Positions 1-8,907 of a stretch of 46,529 nucleotides of DNA are shown here, in pieces (position 1 is the stretch's first letter; each line of letters begins with the position of its first letter). The translations under genes and the position numbers were made by a program. Source of the stretch: Methanomicrobiales archaeon (lineage in GTDB: Archaea; Halobacteriota; Methanomicrobia; Methanomicrobiales; Methanospirillaceae); the NCBI GenBank assembly GCA_025360805.1, contig JANYBK010000058.1, positions 1 to 46,529 on the forward strand, in the 5' to 3' direction. The notes under the pieces are model-generated. The model did not search any database. It was not told where the DNA came from and worked only from the letters and a program-made list of their open reading frames with translations.

Positions 1-92
1 ATTTTTTTGAGGAATCAATCACAAACTCTTAAAATTGAATTATAAGACGAAATCAAAATATAAATTTATAATAAGGAGACACCTAAAAAAAT

Positions 93-115
93 CTCCACTG
101 GAAACAATGGGGAGG
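93..115 (+). promoter_or_regulatory. Origin recognition box (ORB)-like Orc1/Cdc6 binding motif
   Basis: CTCCACTGGAAACAATGGGGAGG resembles the archaeal ORB consensus (TTCCAGTGGAAAC-N-G string) and lies in very AT-rich intergenic DNA. Confidence 0.6.
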
Positions 116-196
116 TCCCATTGCAATTAAAATGAGCAAAACAACAGGCTCTTGAGAGATTTTTATTAATGTTTAATTCAAAGTACTTTTATTAAT

Positions 197-685
197 ATGA
201 ATAAGAATCACATAAAAAAACTTGAAATTTCTGCAGCTGTTATTACGGTATCTAGCACAAGAAATATAAAAAATGATTCCAGTGGAGCAGCAATCTCAAC
301 TCTTCTCAAGGATCATGGAATAACTATCAAACATTATGCAATTGTATCAGATCAGATAGATGCAATCCGCAATGAGCTTTATACCTCGATGAAGACTACA
401 AACTGCATTATTTTTAACGGTGGTACGGGTCTAACTCACGATGATTGTACTATCGAGGCAATATCCCCTCTGCTGGAGAAAAAAATTGATGGGTTTGGAG
501 AATTTTTCCGTATGAAAAGTCTTATGGAAATAGGTACTTCTGCAATGCTGTCGCGGGCAATTGCCGGTGTAATACAGGAAAAAGCGATATTCTGTATTCC
601 TGGATCAACACCCGCAGTCACGCTTGCAATCAGGGAACTCATTCTTCCTGAAATTGCCCACATACTCTCCCATGCAAATCGGTAG
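197..685 (+). CDS. moaB: Molybdenum cofactor biosynthesis protein, MoaB/MogA family
   Basis: 162 aa with AAVITVSS, DSSG, GGTG(L)xxxDxTIEA, LSRAIAG and FCIPGS motifs. Confidence 0.9.
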   Translation: MNKNHIKKLEISAAVITVSSTRNIKNDSSGAAISTLLKDHGITIKHYAIVSDQIDAIRNELYTSMKTTNCIIFNGGTGLTHDDCTIEAISPLLEKKIDGFGEFFRMKSLMEIGTSAMLSRAIAGVIQEKAIFCIPGSTPAVTLAIRELILPEIAHILSHANR

Positions 686-802
686 TGTATAAAAAAGATA
701 ACTGTTCATATACCCCAAAAAAATTTACAAAAAAGAGAATTTGAATGTCTTAACCTTGCAAATTTTTTTCGGGTTGGACCTCACTCAATCATGAAGAATA
801 AT

Positions 803-1399
803 CTACCGGTATACTTCCAGAAGCGCGACGCGTTCAAGCACCAGTTCGGTGATACATTCTCCGGAACATGTAGCAATCTCTTCATCTGTAATTCCAAAGT
901 GTTTCATGAAATGAGCCCGCTTATAAGGGTCAATAATTTCCCAGTTCTCTTCAGTAATATTCATTAATGGTGTGAGGGCTTGCCAGATGCCATCACAAGT
1001 GGGATAACAGCAGACAAACATGGAGTTTTCTCCGTCATGAACTCCAAACAAAGCAGCAACCGAACACTGGCGTGAACCGGCAGCGAATAAGAGTGCTTCC
1101 ATCTCAATGGTATTTGATACCATTGAACCGTTGTGAAAAGACCGTAATGCATGGCGCAAAGCTGTCCGTACATGTTGTTTACCGGCAAGCATACCGGCAT
1201 TAAAACAGATGATGTGGGTATCGAACGATTCTGCGATAGAACGGATCTTTTGAATAAATGCAATTGGATTGTCAACAAAACAGGTTGCTGTCCGCACATC
1301 ACACGCATAGCCTCCTGCTGGCACCGTATCATTAATTTGTGAAGGATATCGTTTCTTATCTGGTTTCAAAGAAACCACCGGTTTTTTGTTGTCTGTCAT
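803..1399 (-). CDS. cgi121: KEOPS complex subunit Cgi121
   Basis: HVRTALRHALRSF and MEALLFAAGSRQ motifs and a C-terminal LVLERVALLE are typical of Cgi121. It lies 4 bp downstream of hel308. The exact start is uncertain. Confidence 0.85.
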   Translation of the reverse strand: MTDNKKPVVSLKPDKKRYPSQINDTVPAGGYACDVRTATCFVDNPIAFIQKIRSIAESFDTHIICFNAGMLAGKQHVRTALRHALRSFHNGSMVSNTIEMEALLFAAGSRQCSVAALFGVHDGENSMFVCCYPTCDGIWQALTPLMNITEENWEIIDPYKRAHFMKHFGITDEEIATCSGECITELVLERVALLEVYR

Positions 1400-1403
1400 T
1401 CAA

Positions 1404-3566
1404 TCACCCGAATCTGGACAGCTGCGATTGTCCGGTTATCGCATTGCCATCATCAATCGACGGAACCGGGCTGAAAGGTACGTGCAACTGGGAAAAGATC
1501 TGTTCTGCAATTCCCTGACCCAGAATCTGTGTCACGGTTTCAATTCCTGCAGCACGCATTACGTCCGGTGATGTAATTTTATTGTTAAAGAGGCGTCGTG
1601 CCCTTACCCGACCGATACCCCGCAGTTTTACCAAGGGAAGCAGTTCCCTACGGATCCCGTTCTTCATACAGATCTCATATTCCCGAACCTTTGGGTGGAT
1701 GGATGCGGCAAACATACGTGATAGCTCAACGGTTGCATGCAGCAGCCAGTTGACACTCTCTACCATACCGTGCACATCACCAGGACCGACCGAGTACCGC
1801 TCACAGATCTTTGCATCAGGGAGTTCATCTGCCCAGTCGGATAGAAGCATAGTTGTTTTCAAAGCACGATAATAGGCCTCTGCCTCCACCTCCTCCAGAG
1901 GGGGTGTGAACCAGAGTTCACCTTCATGTGCTTCCTGCATACGGTCAAGTGCAGGCATATCGGCATTCCTCGCATAGAGATTGGGCATATCCGGTGTACT
2001 GCAGATTACCTGCAGGACACCGAGATCCGAATACTCTTTCTGTTCGCGAAGTGTTCTTACGATAATTTCTGCACTGCGGGGATCGATATACAACCGTGAT
2101 ACCATACTGCCAAACTCTGTGGACCCCAGGTGTTCACCCACTTCAACAACCATCTCTGATGAAACAAGGAATGCAAGCGCGTCATCCACAGCTTTTTTCA
2201 TCAGGTGACCCTTCCGGTGTTCATGGGCATAGAACGTCCGGTCCATAAATTCCGTGAGTTCCTGCTGGGTTTTTGCAAAACCGGATGCAATAAGCGATAG
2301 CACATGGGTGTAGAGCGCAGTCGGCTCGGCAATTTTTGAATGGATCTTTTCTGCAGGTGCTTCGATATACAATTCGAAGAGATCTTCTATCTGTCTCTCA
2401 TCCTTTGCAATTAACACCGCCTCGCCGTACGGATCGAGCCGGGGGCGTCCCGCCCTCCCCGCCATCTGGTGATATTCACTTGCCGGGATTGGCTGCATCC
2501 CCTCCCCAGAGGAAAACCGTAGGTAATCCCTCACGATCACTCTTCGGGCAGGCAGGTTGAGCCCCGCAGCGAGTGTGGGTGTTGATGATATACATTTGAT
2601 TAAGCCTTTCCGGAAACCCTCTTCCACTATCGCACGTTCCGGGCGGCTCAGCCCTGCATGGTGGAAGGCTGCACCTTTGGCCACACATGCGGCGAGTGTT
2701 TTGACCATCTCTGTTTCTGCAATACCGCTCAGCCGCTCTGAATAGGCAGTAAGTGCTGGGTCTTCGCATTTGATGGCAGATGCCGCCCGTTTTGCGAATG
2801 CCTCGGCATTGCGACGGGACGAGACAAAGACAAGACACTGGCCCCCCTCTGCGATAGTGTCGAGACAGAGATTGAGGTCATCAAAGCTCTTTGATACCTG
2901 CTTTACGGGACGCTCCCCATCACGGAAATGGATGCAGTTGTTATAGAACACCCCCTGCCGCAGATCGACCGGGCGCCAGCTGCTGGTGACCAGTTCTGCG
3001 TTCAGCCACCCGGCAAGTGTTTTTGGATTGCCGATCGTTGCAGAAAGCCCAATCACCTGCATAGCGGGATTGCGGTATCGCATCTTTGCGATAACCACTT
3101 CCAGTGTTGGTCCGCGATCAACAGAGTCTATCAGGTGAATCTCATCGATAACAAGCAGGGTGATGTCGCTGATCCATCGTGCATTGTTACGCAGGAGGGA
3201 GTCAACCTTCTCGCTCGTAGCTACGATAATATCGTTCCTGCCCAGCATATCATCTCGCAGGTCAAGATCCCCGGTTGCAATACCGACACGGACACCTTTG
3301 TTGCTAAACTCATCGTATTTTTCGCTGGCGAGTGCTTTTAATGGAACAATATAGAGGCACTTTCCTCCCGCTGCGATGTGACTATGCATTGCCATCTCGG
3401 CAACCAGTGTCTTTCCACTTGCTGTAGGTATAGAAACAAGCAGATTTTTTCCCTTGAACATACCCCGCTCAACGCAGTCTGCCTGGGGGGGATAGAGTTC
3501 AGAAATACCCCCTTGAGAGTACCGCTGTATCAGTTCAGCAGGAATCGGGAGTTCACAGATCAGCAT
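1404..3566 (-). CDS. hel308: ATP-dependent SF2 (Ski2-like) DNA helicase Hel308/Hjm
   Basis: [24 protein letters not shown] and QMAGRAGR motifs, a C-terminal HhH ([10 protein letters not shown]), 720 aa. Confidence 0.95.
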   Translation of the reverse strand: MLICELPIPAELIQRYSQGGISELYPPQADCVERGMFKGKNLLVSIPTASGKTLVAEMAMHSHIAAGGKCLYIVPLKALASEKYDEFSNKGVRVGIATGDLDLRDDMLGRNDIIVATSEKVDSLLRNNARWISDITLLVIDEIHLIDSVDRGPTLEVVIAKMRYRNPAMQVIGLSATIGNPKTLAGWLNAELVTSSWRPVDLRQGVFYNNCIHFRDGERPVKQVSKSFDDLNLCLDTIAEGGQCLVFVSSRRNAEAFAKRAASAIKCEDPALTAYSERLSGIAETEMVKTLAACVAKGAAFHHAGLSRPERAIVEEGFRKGLIKCISSTPTLAAGLNLPARRVIVRDYLRFSSGEGMQPIPASEYHQMAGRAGRPRLDPYGEAVLIAKDERQIEDLFELYIEAPAEKIHSKIAEPTALYTHVLSLIASGFAKTQQELTEFMDRTFYAHEHRKGHLMKKAVDDALAFLVSSEMVVEVGEHLGSTEFGSMVSRLYIDPRSAEIIVRTLREQKEYSDLGVLQVICSTPDMPNLYARNADMPALDRMQEAHEGELWFTPPLEEVEAEAYYRALKTTMLLSDWADELPDAKICERYSVGPGDVHGMVESVNWLLHATVELSRMFAASIHPKVREYEICMKNGIRRELLPLVKLRGIGRVRARRLFNNKITSPDVMRAAGIETVTQILGQGIAEQIFSQLHVPFSPVPSIDDGNAITGQSQLSRFG

Positions 3567-3586
3567 GTCAAACCTTTGTACTTAAT

Positions 3587-3607
3587 ACCCCTTTGATTCC
3601 ACTGAAA
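3587..3607 (-). promoter_or_regulatory. ORB-like motif (minus strand)
   Basis: Reverse complement TTTCAGTGGAATCAAAGGGGT gives an ORB core plus G string. Confidence 0.55.
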
Positions 3608-3658
3608 TTTCCCTGTTATCTTGTCTATTTATCAAATAAGCCGTTTTATTCCAATTTA

Positions 3659-3673
3659 TTTTCCAGTGGAAAC
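3659..3673 (+). promoter_or_regulatory. ORB core / mini-ORB motif
   Basis: TTTTCCAGTGGAAAC contains an exact ORB core but has no G string. It is inverted relative to 3587-3607 across about 50 bp of AT-rich DNA. Confidence 0.5.
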
Positions 3674-3721
3674 GCAGCGAAAACATAAATATTATTTCAG
3701 GAAGTACAGCATTCCCGGCAA

Positions 3722-4267
3722 TCAGTAATAATAACTGATCATATCCTGTTTTGCCTCTTTCTTTTTCCGGTCTAAAAAGGCAAAGACATTCTCATGAGGG
3801 ACGCCTTCGATCAGCATATCGATGGCAGCACGTGCGGTTTTGAGCTGCTCGGGATACCCTATCACTGCGACCGTCTTCCCAAACACTGAGATCTCCACAT
3901 CGGTCATATCTTCGATCTGTTCCCGTGCCCTGCCATCTTTGCCAATGATCCGGCCCCTGAGCCTGTCCAACTGGCGCGGACCATCTGCCATTCCTGAAAG
4001 ATCGATGACTTCAAGCAGAAGATCCTCATCTTCGATCATCTCGAATGCACGCTCGGGAGAGAACCCGCAGTTGATGGCGTTGATGATCTCGACAGCCCGT
4101 AGAAGAGAGATCGTGTGCTCTTCAGCACCCTCAACTTTTACGATCCCTTCTTTGCTGTCTATGGTGATGGTGGCGTGGGTTTTGGCCTCGAGCTCTCTTT
4201 TGGTAGCGCCGCCTTTTCCAATAAGGACACCCACCCTGCTTCCGGCAATCTTAACTTCCTGCATCAT
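3722..4267 (-). CDS. KH-domain pre-rRNA processing protein (Dim2/Pno1 family)
   Basis: Two KH GxxG loops (VLIGKGG, RIIGKDG) and a GFSPERA motif; adjacent to rio1. Confidence 0.9.
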   Translation of the reverse strand: MMQEVKIAGSRVGVLIGKGGATKRELEAKTHATITIDSKEGIVKVEGAEEHTISLLRAVEIINAINCGFSPERAFEMIEDEDLLLEVIDLSGMADGPRQLDRLRGRIIGKDGRAREQIEDMTDVEISVFGKTVAVIGYPEQLKTARAAIDMLIEGVPHENVFAFLDRKKKEAKQDMISYYY

Positions 4268-4348
4268 GTTTGTTTCACCTTGGTTCTGATATGATTATTT
4301 TTCAATTGTATAACGTTTTGGCAATCATCAATTGGCAGTCAACGGTTA

Positions 4349-5125
4349 TCATGGTTCGGCAACATTCAGTCCGGTAACTGCATTGAACAGATCAAAATCC
4401 TTACGGATTTCACATCGGTTTTTAAAATACCGGTTGATGTTACGGATATCCCGCATCAGGAACTGGAGTGCCCGGGGGTGATCCTTAGTGACAGACTGCC
4501 CCATGTCTATGAAATAGGGTTGGTCACCGTATAAAATATTGAACTCACTCAAATCTGCATGCACCAGTTCCGCTTTGTTGTACAGGATATCAATGGTGTT
4601 GGTGATCGTTTCATAGACTTCAGCAGGATCCTCCATAGTGACATTGCGTAGTTGCGGATAAGCGATCTCACCATCTCCGATAAATGACATGATCAGGATG
4701 TTCCTGTCCCAGACGATTGGTTCAGGTACGGCAATACCCGCATCCCGTGCCCGTACGAGATTCGAAAATTCTTTTCTTGTCCATGCAAAGATGAGATCCT
4801 TTTTGGCCTTTTTTACGTGTGAAAACCTGCGATCACCCGTGACATAGGAACTCATGGTGGTAAAATTTGCTGTGCGGATCCGGTAAATCTTTATGGCAAT
4901 AGCCGCTCCGTCCCGCTCACCGTAAAATACATTGGCCTCTTTCCCGGTGCTGATAGATCCCCCAATTACCGATAACCATTTTTTATGCACCAGTTTGTAG
5001 AGTGCGAGAAGGGTGACTTCATCAAAGACATCCTCTCGTACTTTAAACTGATCAGCATCCTTGATGCGGATGCCCATCTCCTCTATCAGTTGATCGAATC
5101 GATCCTCTTTTTTCTCAAGACTCAC
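4349..5125 (-). CDS. rio1: RIO1-type atypical serine kinase/ATPase
   Basis: STGKEANVF, AIKIYR, HADLSEFNIL and IDMGQ motifs; GTG start. Confidence 0.93.
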   Translation of the reverse strand: MSLEKKEDRFDQLIEEMGIRIKDADQFKVREDVFDEVTLLALYKLVHKKWLSVIGGSISTGKEANVFYGERDGAAIAIKIYRIRTANFTTMSSYVTGDRRFSHVKKAKKDLIFAWTRKEFSNLVRARDAGIAVPEPIVWDRNILIMSFIGDGEIAYPQLRNVTMEDPAEVYETITNTIDILYNKAELVHADLSEFNILYGDQPYFIDMGQSVTKDHPRALQFLMRDIRNINRYFKNRCEIRKDFDLFNAVTGLNVAEP

Positions 5126-5157
5126 TGGGGGTCACATTCCTGATATTTATGGGATGA

Positions 5158-6099
5158 TTATTTGATGTATTCTCGTACTGGAGCAAGAATCTCGATAAGT
5201 GATTCACCACACGATTTCTTGAGGTCCATTGCGTGCACTTCGCTCTTTCCATAGGCAGTTTCCAGATCTATGTAACTTGAAAATGTCCGGTCACCGCCAA
5301 ATTTCTCCGGCCGTTTGATGGTGATCTCAGGGAGGCGTGGGAAGAGGTGATGCTGGAAGATCTGGAGTATTGGATTCTCGGGTATTTCGGGAGGGCAGAA
5401 TGCTTTCTGGCATTTCTTTTTAATTTCCTCTTCCGTATCAGCAACGGATATATAATTTCCCTGCGAAGAGGACATCTTTTTTCCGTCAATCCCGTTAAGG
5501 ATGGGTGTGTGTATGCAGACAGGTGCAGTGTAGCCGAAGTTGACCAGGTGCTCTCTTGCAAGCATGTGGATCTTGCGCTGATCAATACCTCCTACTGCTG
5601 CATCCGCTCCAAGCATTGCGATATCTGCCATCTGCATGATCGGGTAGATCATCTGGGAAACGGTGGGATGATCCATCTGCCTTCCTACTTCATCCATACT
5701 CCGCGTTGCACGGTTAAGGGTAATCTGCTGCGAGAGCTGGAGCACCAGCAGCTCATAGTCCCGGTTGAGCTGGAGATCGGATCCCAGCACATACTGAACA
5801 TTTTTTAATCCGAGTCCTTCGAAACAGCGGCGGTTATAATCAGCAAGCTCTTTTACCTTCTCCATGGTCCCTTTGCGGTTTAAGAAAGCGTGCACATCTG
5901 CTAAGAGGACAACGACTTCGAATCCTGCTTCCTGGAGATCCACCAGTTTATTTACCGTAACTAAGTGGCCAAGATGGATCTCGCCACTGGGTTCGTATCC
6001 TGCATAAACCTTTTTTGTGGGTTTGTTAAGTAGCGAACGGAGATCGTCTTCTGTTACGATCTCGACTGTGTTGCGGGTAACCCGTTCGTACGCATCCAT
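5158..6099 (-). CDS. tyrS: Tyrosine--tRNA ligase (archaeal type)
   Basis: YAGYEPSG, HLGH (HIGH), YPIMQ, GGIDQRK and KMSSS motifs. The start is placed at ATG 6099 (MDAYERV) because the longer ORF start overlaps gap. Confidence 0.95.
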   Translation of the reverse strand: MDAYERVTRNTVEIVTEDDLRSLLNKPTKKVYAGYEPSGEIHLGHLVTVNKLVDLQEAGFEVVVLLADVHAFLNRKGTMEKVKELADYNRRCFEGLGLKNVQYVLGSDLQLNRDYELLVLQLSQQITLNRATRSMDEVGRQMDHPTVSQMIYPIMQMADIAMLGADAAVGGIDQRKIHMLAREHLVNFGYTAPVCIHTPILNGIDGKKMSSSQGNYISVADTEEEIKKKCQKAFCPPEIPENPILQIFQHHLFPRLPEITIKRPEKFGGDRTFSSYIDLETAYGKSEVHAMDLKKSCGESLIEILAPVREYIK

Positions 6100-6124
6100 T
6101 GAAAAGAATGGGTGATGATGGGTG

Positions 6125-7156
6125 TTAATGGTTGTTCTGGATCGGTGTAAATCCAAGTGCATCGTTGGTTGATTTTATGGACGCTGCAGAATCCTTCTGT
6201 CCCCCCATCATCGCGCGGATCGCATCAATATTTTCAACTACTACATCTGCCTCCTGGTGGATTGCCTGGAAGAAGCAGAGATCGGTTTTGTTGGCATAGA
6301 TAGAATCTTCAAATATGCAGTTCTCGTACAGGTCAGCTCGCTGTCTTCCCAGATCCATGGCAAACTCCTTGAGCTCTGCGGTGCTCCGGATCCCCGCAGT
6401 CTTTTTGATCAGGCCCATTCTGGGGTGATTCTTCACCAGTTCTATCACCCGATCTTTCGTTACATCTTTTTTTGTGGTGATCCGGATCGCATGCATGTGC
6501 ATCATCGTTGTTGGCACGATCATGGCCATGGTAACGATAGAAATATGTGGGAGCACCGACAGGACATCGGGGCCATGGTGGCTGGGAACACTCACGGGAT
6601 CCAGAACAATCGCATCGATCGGTCCTTTTTTGATCTCCCCGGGGTCTGAACCGCGGCGTACCATAATCGCATGGACATGTGCAACACCATATTCTTTATC
6701 GATTGCATGGATTACCCGGCAAAGCCCCGTAGTATTACAGGAAACCACTCTGACAAACTGCCTGCCGATCGCATCTTTGTAGTTGCAGGATGAATTGAAT
6801 GAGAACCCGGCAATTTCATGATCTTCTCCTCCCTGCCAGAGCGCCTTTTTCCCAAGTTTTTCATAGAGGGGTTTGTTCGTAGCCCCAACATCTCCCGGTG
6901 TTGCATCAACAATGATGTCAGCAGCTTTGCACATATCCTCAACTGAACCGGCAACAGAAAGACCGACTTTTTCAAAAGCCGGTTTCTTTGAAATATCAGC
7001 AATATAGAGTGGGTACCCCCGCTGTTTAGCAACAAAGGCCTCGGCATTTGGGCGTGTCTTTGAGACTCCAATCACTTTCATATCCTTCTGGGCAGCGACC
7101 GCATCGGCAACGCGCTTGCCGATTGTACCATAACCGTTGATGGCAACTTTGATCAT
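6125..7156 (-). CDS. gap: Archaeal type II glyceraldehyde-3-phosphate dehydrogenase
   Basis: VAINGYGTIGKRVADAV, catalytic VSCNTTGL, PSHHGPD and HQE motifs. Confidence 0.95.
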   Translation of the reverse strand: MIKVAINGYGTIGKRVADAVAAQKDMKVIGVSKTRPNAEAFVAKQRGYPLYIADISKKPAFEKVGLSVAGSVEDMCKAADIIVDATPGDVGATNKPLYEKLGKKALWQGGEDHEIAGFSFNSSCNYKDAIGRQFVRVVSCNTTGLCRVIHAIDKEYGVAHVHAIMVRRGSDPGEIKKGPIDAIVLDPVSVPSHHGPDVLSVLPHISIVTMAMIVPTTMMHMHAIRITTKKDVTKDRVIELVKNHPRMGLIKKTAGIRSTAELKEFAMDLGRQRADLYENCIFEDSIYANKTDLCFFQAIHQEADVVVENIDAIRAMMGGQKDSAASIKSTNDALGFTPIQNNH

Positions 7157-7399
7157 ACAATCCTACTTGACGCTGGTACAGAAAAACTATGCGGAACGTT
7201 TCGTGGTCAACCTAAAGATCCCAAAAAAAGAAACCCTCACAGGTTTTACCCGACAATTCAAAAACAGGCACGGTTGAAACTTTTCACAATATTTGCTTAT
7301 GTCGCCCATCTTATGAGAAGAAACAATGTGTGGTGTTTAAACAGAGTATTTTAACAAATCAGTAAATTCCGTTTTTGGAATTTCTCTCTCTTGTTTTTC

Positions 7400-7894
7400 T
7401 CAGTCTATGTAAAGAGCCTGAATTTTAACAACTTCTGTGCTATCCTTGGCATTTGCATAGAGATCCAGTGGCTCCTGGTTCACTTCCAAAAAACGGATCC
7501 CCCAGTTGACCTTTGAGAGAATTGTACCGGCACGATCTTTTTCACCCAGGATATACAATGCTGCAGCGAGTGCCTCGATTGAGGAGAGCTTGCAGGGTTT
7601 GCCGAAGTTGACAGGATTTGCCGCCATCAGGAATGGGAGCGCCCTGCGGATGCGCCATGAACGAACTGCACCCGTATCCAGTACCACCCAGGAGCAGTCG
7701 AGCGCGGTTACCGATCTCACGAACCTGTCAGCCGGAGAGAGTGCCTGTTCGGCTGTTGGATCGAGCAGGAGGGTGTTTCGCGGGATCTGGGTGATTCTGG
7801 TAAATATTTTTAAAAAACCCGCTTTTTCAAGTTTTTTAACCGTGCACTTCCGGGGGTCACAGCTGTTATCCCGGTAAGCAAACAGGGGTATCAT
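7400..7894 (-). CDS. tsr3: 16S rRNA aminocarboxypropyltransferase (DUF367/Tsr3)
   Basis: CDPRKCT, LSPAD, ALDCSW, RALPFLMAANPVNFG and LSSIEALAAAL motifs. Confidence 0.92.
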   Translation of the reverse strand: MIPLFAYRDNSCDPRKCTVKKLEKAGFLKIFTRITQIPRNTLLLDPTAEQALSPADRFVRSVTALDCSWVVLDTGAVRSWRIRRALPFLMAANPVNFGKPCKLSSIEALAAALYILGEKDRAGTILSKVNWGIRFLEVNQEPLDLYANAKDSTEVVKIQALYID

Positions 7895-7903
7895 TGATCA
7901 TCA

Positions 7904-8782
7904 ATGCGTGCACACACTGTAATAATGTACGTACTTTGCAGCCCTTGTATTCTCCATCCGGAACTACGGGCTACTGGTATTACAAGATCTTCGGATCTCG
8001 CTTTGTTCGAACGAGCGATCGAACGCTGCAAACATTTTGATATTGAGATGGTGCCGCTCCCCTGCCCAGAGACATTGTATCTTGGTCCTGACAGGAAACC
8101 CGGGAACTTTCTCGAACGGTTGAACACCCCGGCATTTGCCGGCCTGATGGACAAACTTGAACTGCAAGTGCAGGAGATCCTTGTTAAACGGGGTCCTCCT
8201 CTCTGTATCCTTGGTGTCAACTCCTCTCCTACCTGCGGAGTAACCAGCACCTATTATGGGAGTGCGGATCAACAACCGCCAAAACGGACGGGGCGGGGGG
8301 TGTTTCTTGCAAGGTTTCCCGGAATCTATGCTATGGACGTTGCAACATTTGCAAGGTACCGGATATATCTTGCCGCACCGCTTTTTTCAACAGCCGAGCG
8401 CACCTATAATGCAACATTATCCGATTTGCTTGAGCAAAACCTGTTTGAAGTCTTTCTTCCCCAGGAGGCGGGTGATGATACAGATACAAGAATGAAAAGA
8501 GAGCAGGCACGGATCTTCTCTAAAAACAAAGATGATCTTGACCGAGCGGATATCATTGTTGCAGTTATCGATGGCGCTGATGCAGATTCAGGTACCGCAT
8601 GGGAGATGGGATATGCGTATGCACACAACAAACCGGTGATTGCAGTTCGAACGGATTTTCGCAGGGTTGGCACGCACGAGCAGGTGAACCTGATGCTTGA
8701 AGAATCGTCAGAAGTGGTTTCCAGTACCGTAGAGTTACTGGAATCAGTCAACTCCCCGCTTATCGGTAAAAGGGATGTCTGA
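7904..8782 (+). CDS. Fusion of an N-terminal DUF523/TudS-like (2-thiouracil desulfurase family) domain and a C-terminal nucleoside 2-deoxyribosyltransferase domain
   Basis: The N-terminus has SPC, PCPE and SSPTCGV Cys motifs. The C-terminus has RIYLAAPLFS and DADSGTAWEMGYAYA. The start may be 7925. Confidence 0.8.
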   Translation: MRAHTVIMYVLCSPCILHPELRATGITRSSDLALFERAIERCKHFDIEMVPLPCPETLYLGPDRKPGNFLERLNTPAFAGLMDKLELQVQEILVKRGPPLCILGVNSSPTCGVTSTYYGSADQQPPKRTGRGVFLARFPGIYAMDVATFARYRIYLAAPLFSTAERTYNATLSDLLEQNLFEVFLPQEAGDDTDTRMKREQARIFSKNKDDLDRADIIVAVIDGADADSGTAWEMGYAYAHNKPVIAVRTDFRRVGTHEQVNLMLEESSEVVSSTVELLESVNSPLIGKRDV

Positions 8783-8907
8783 ATTTTCCGGACACCCGGC
8801 CAAATTGTTCGATATATCACATTCCTGTTGTTGGCGGAGAGTTCTCTGAAGAGAACGTGGATGCAACATTCTATATCCGAATATTTACGAAATAGTAGAT
8901 GAGATAA

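Noticed and set aside
6100-6162. N-terminal extension of tyrS (MHLDL...HHHPFFS) in the ORF track
   Set aside because: It overlaps the gap 3' end; TyrRS homology starts at MDAYERV (ATG 6099).
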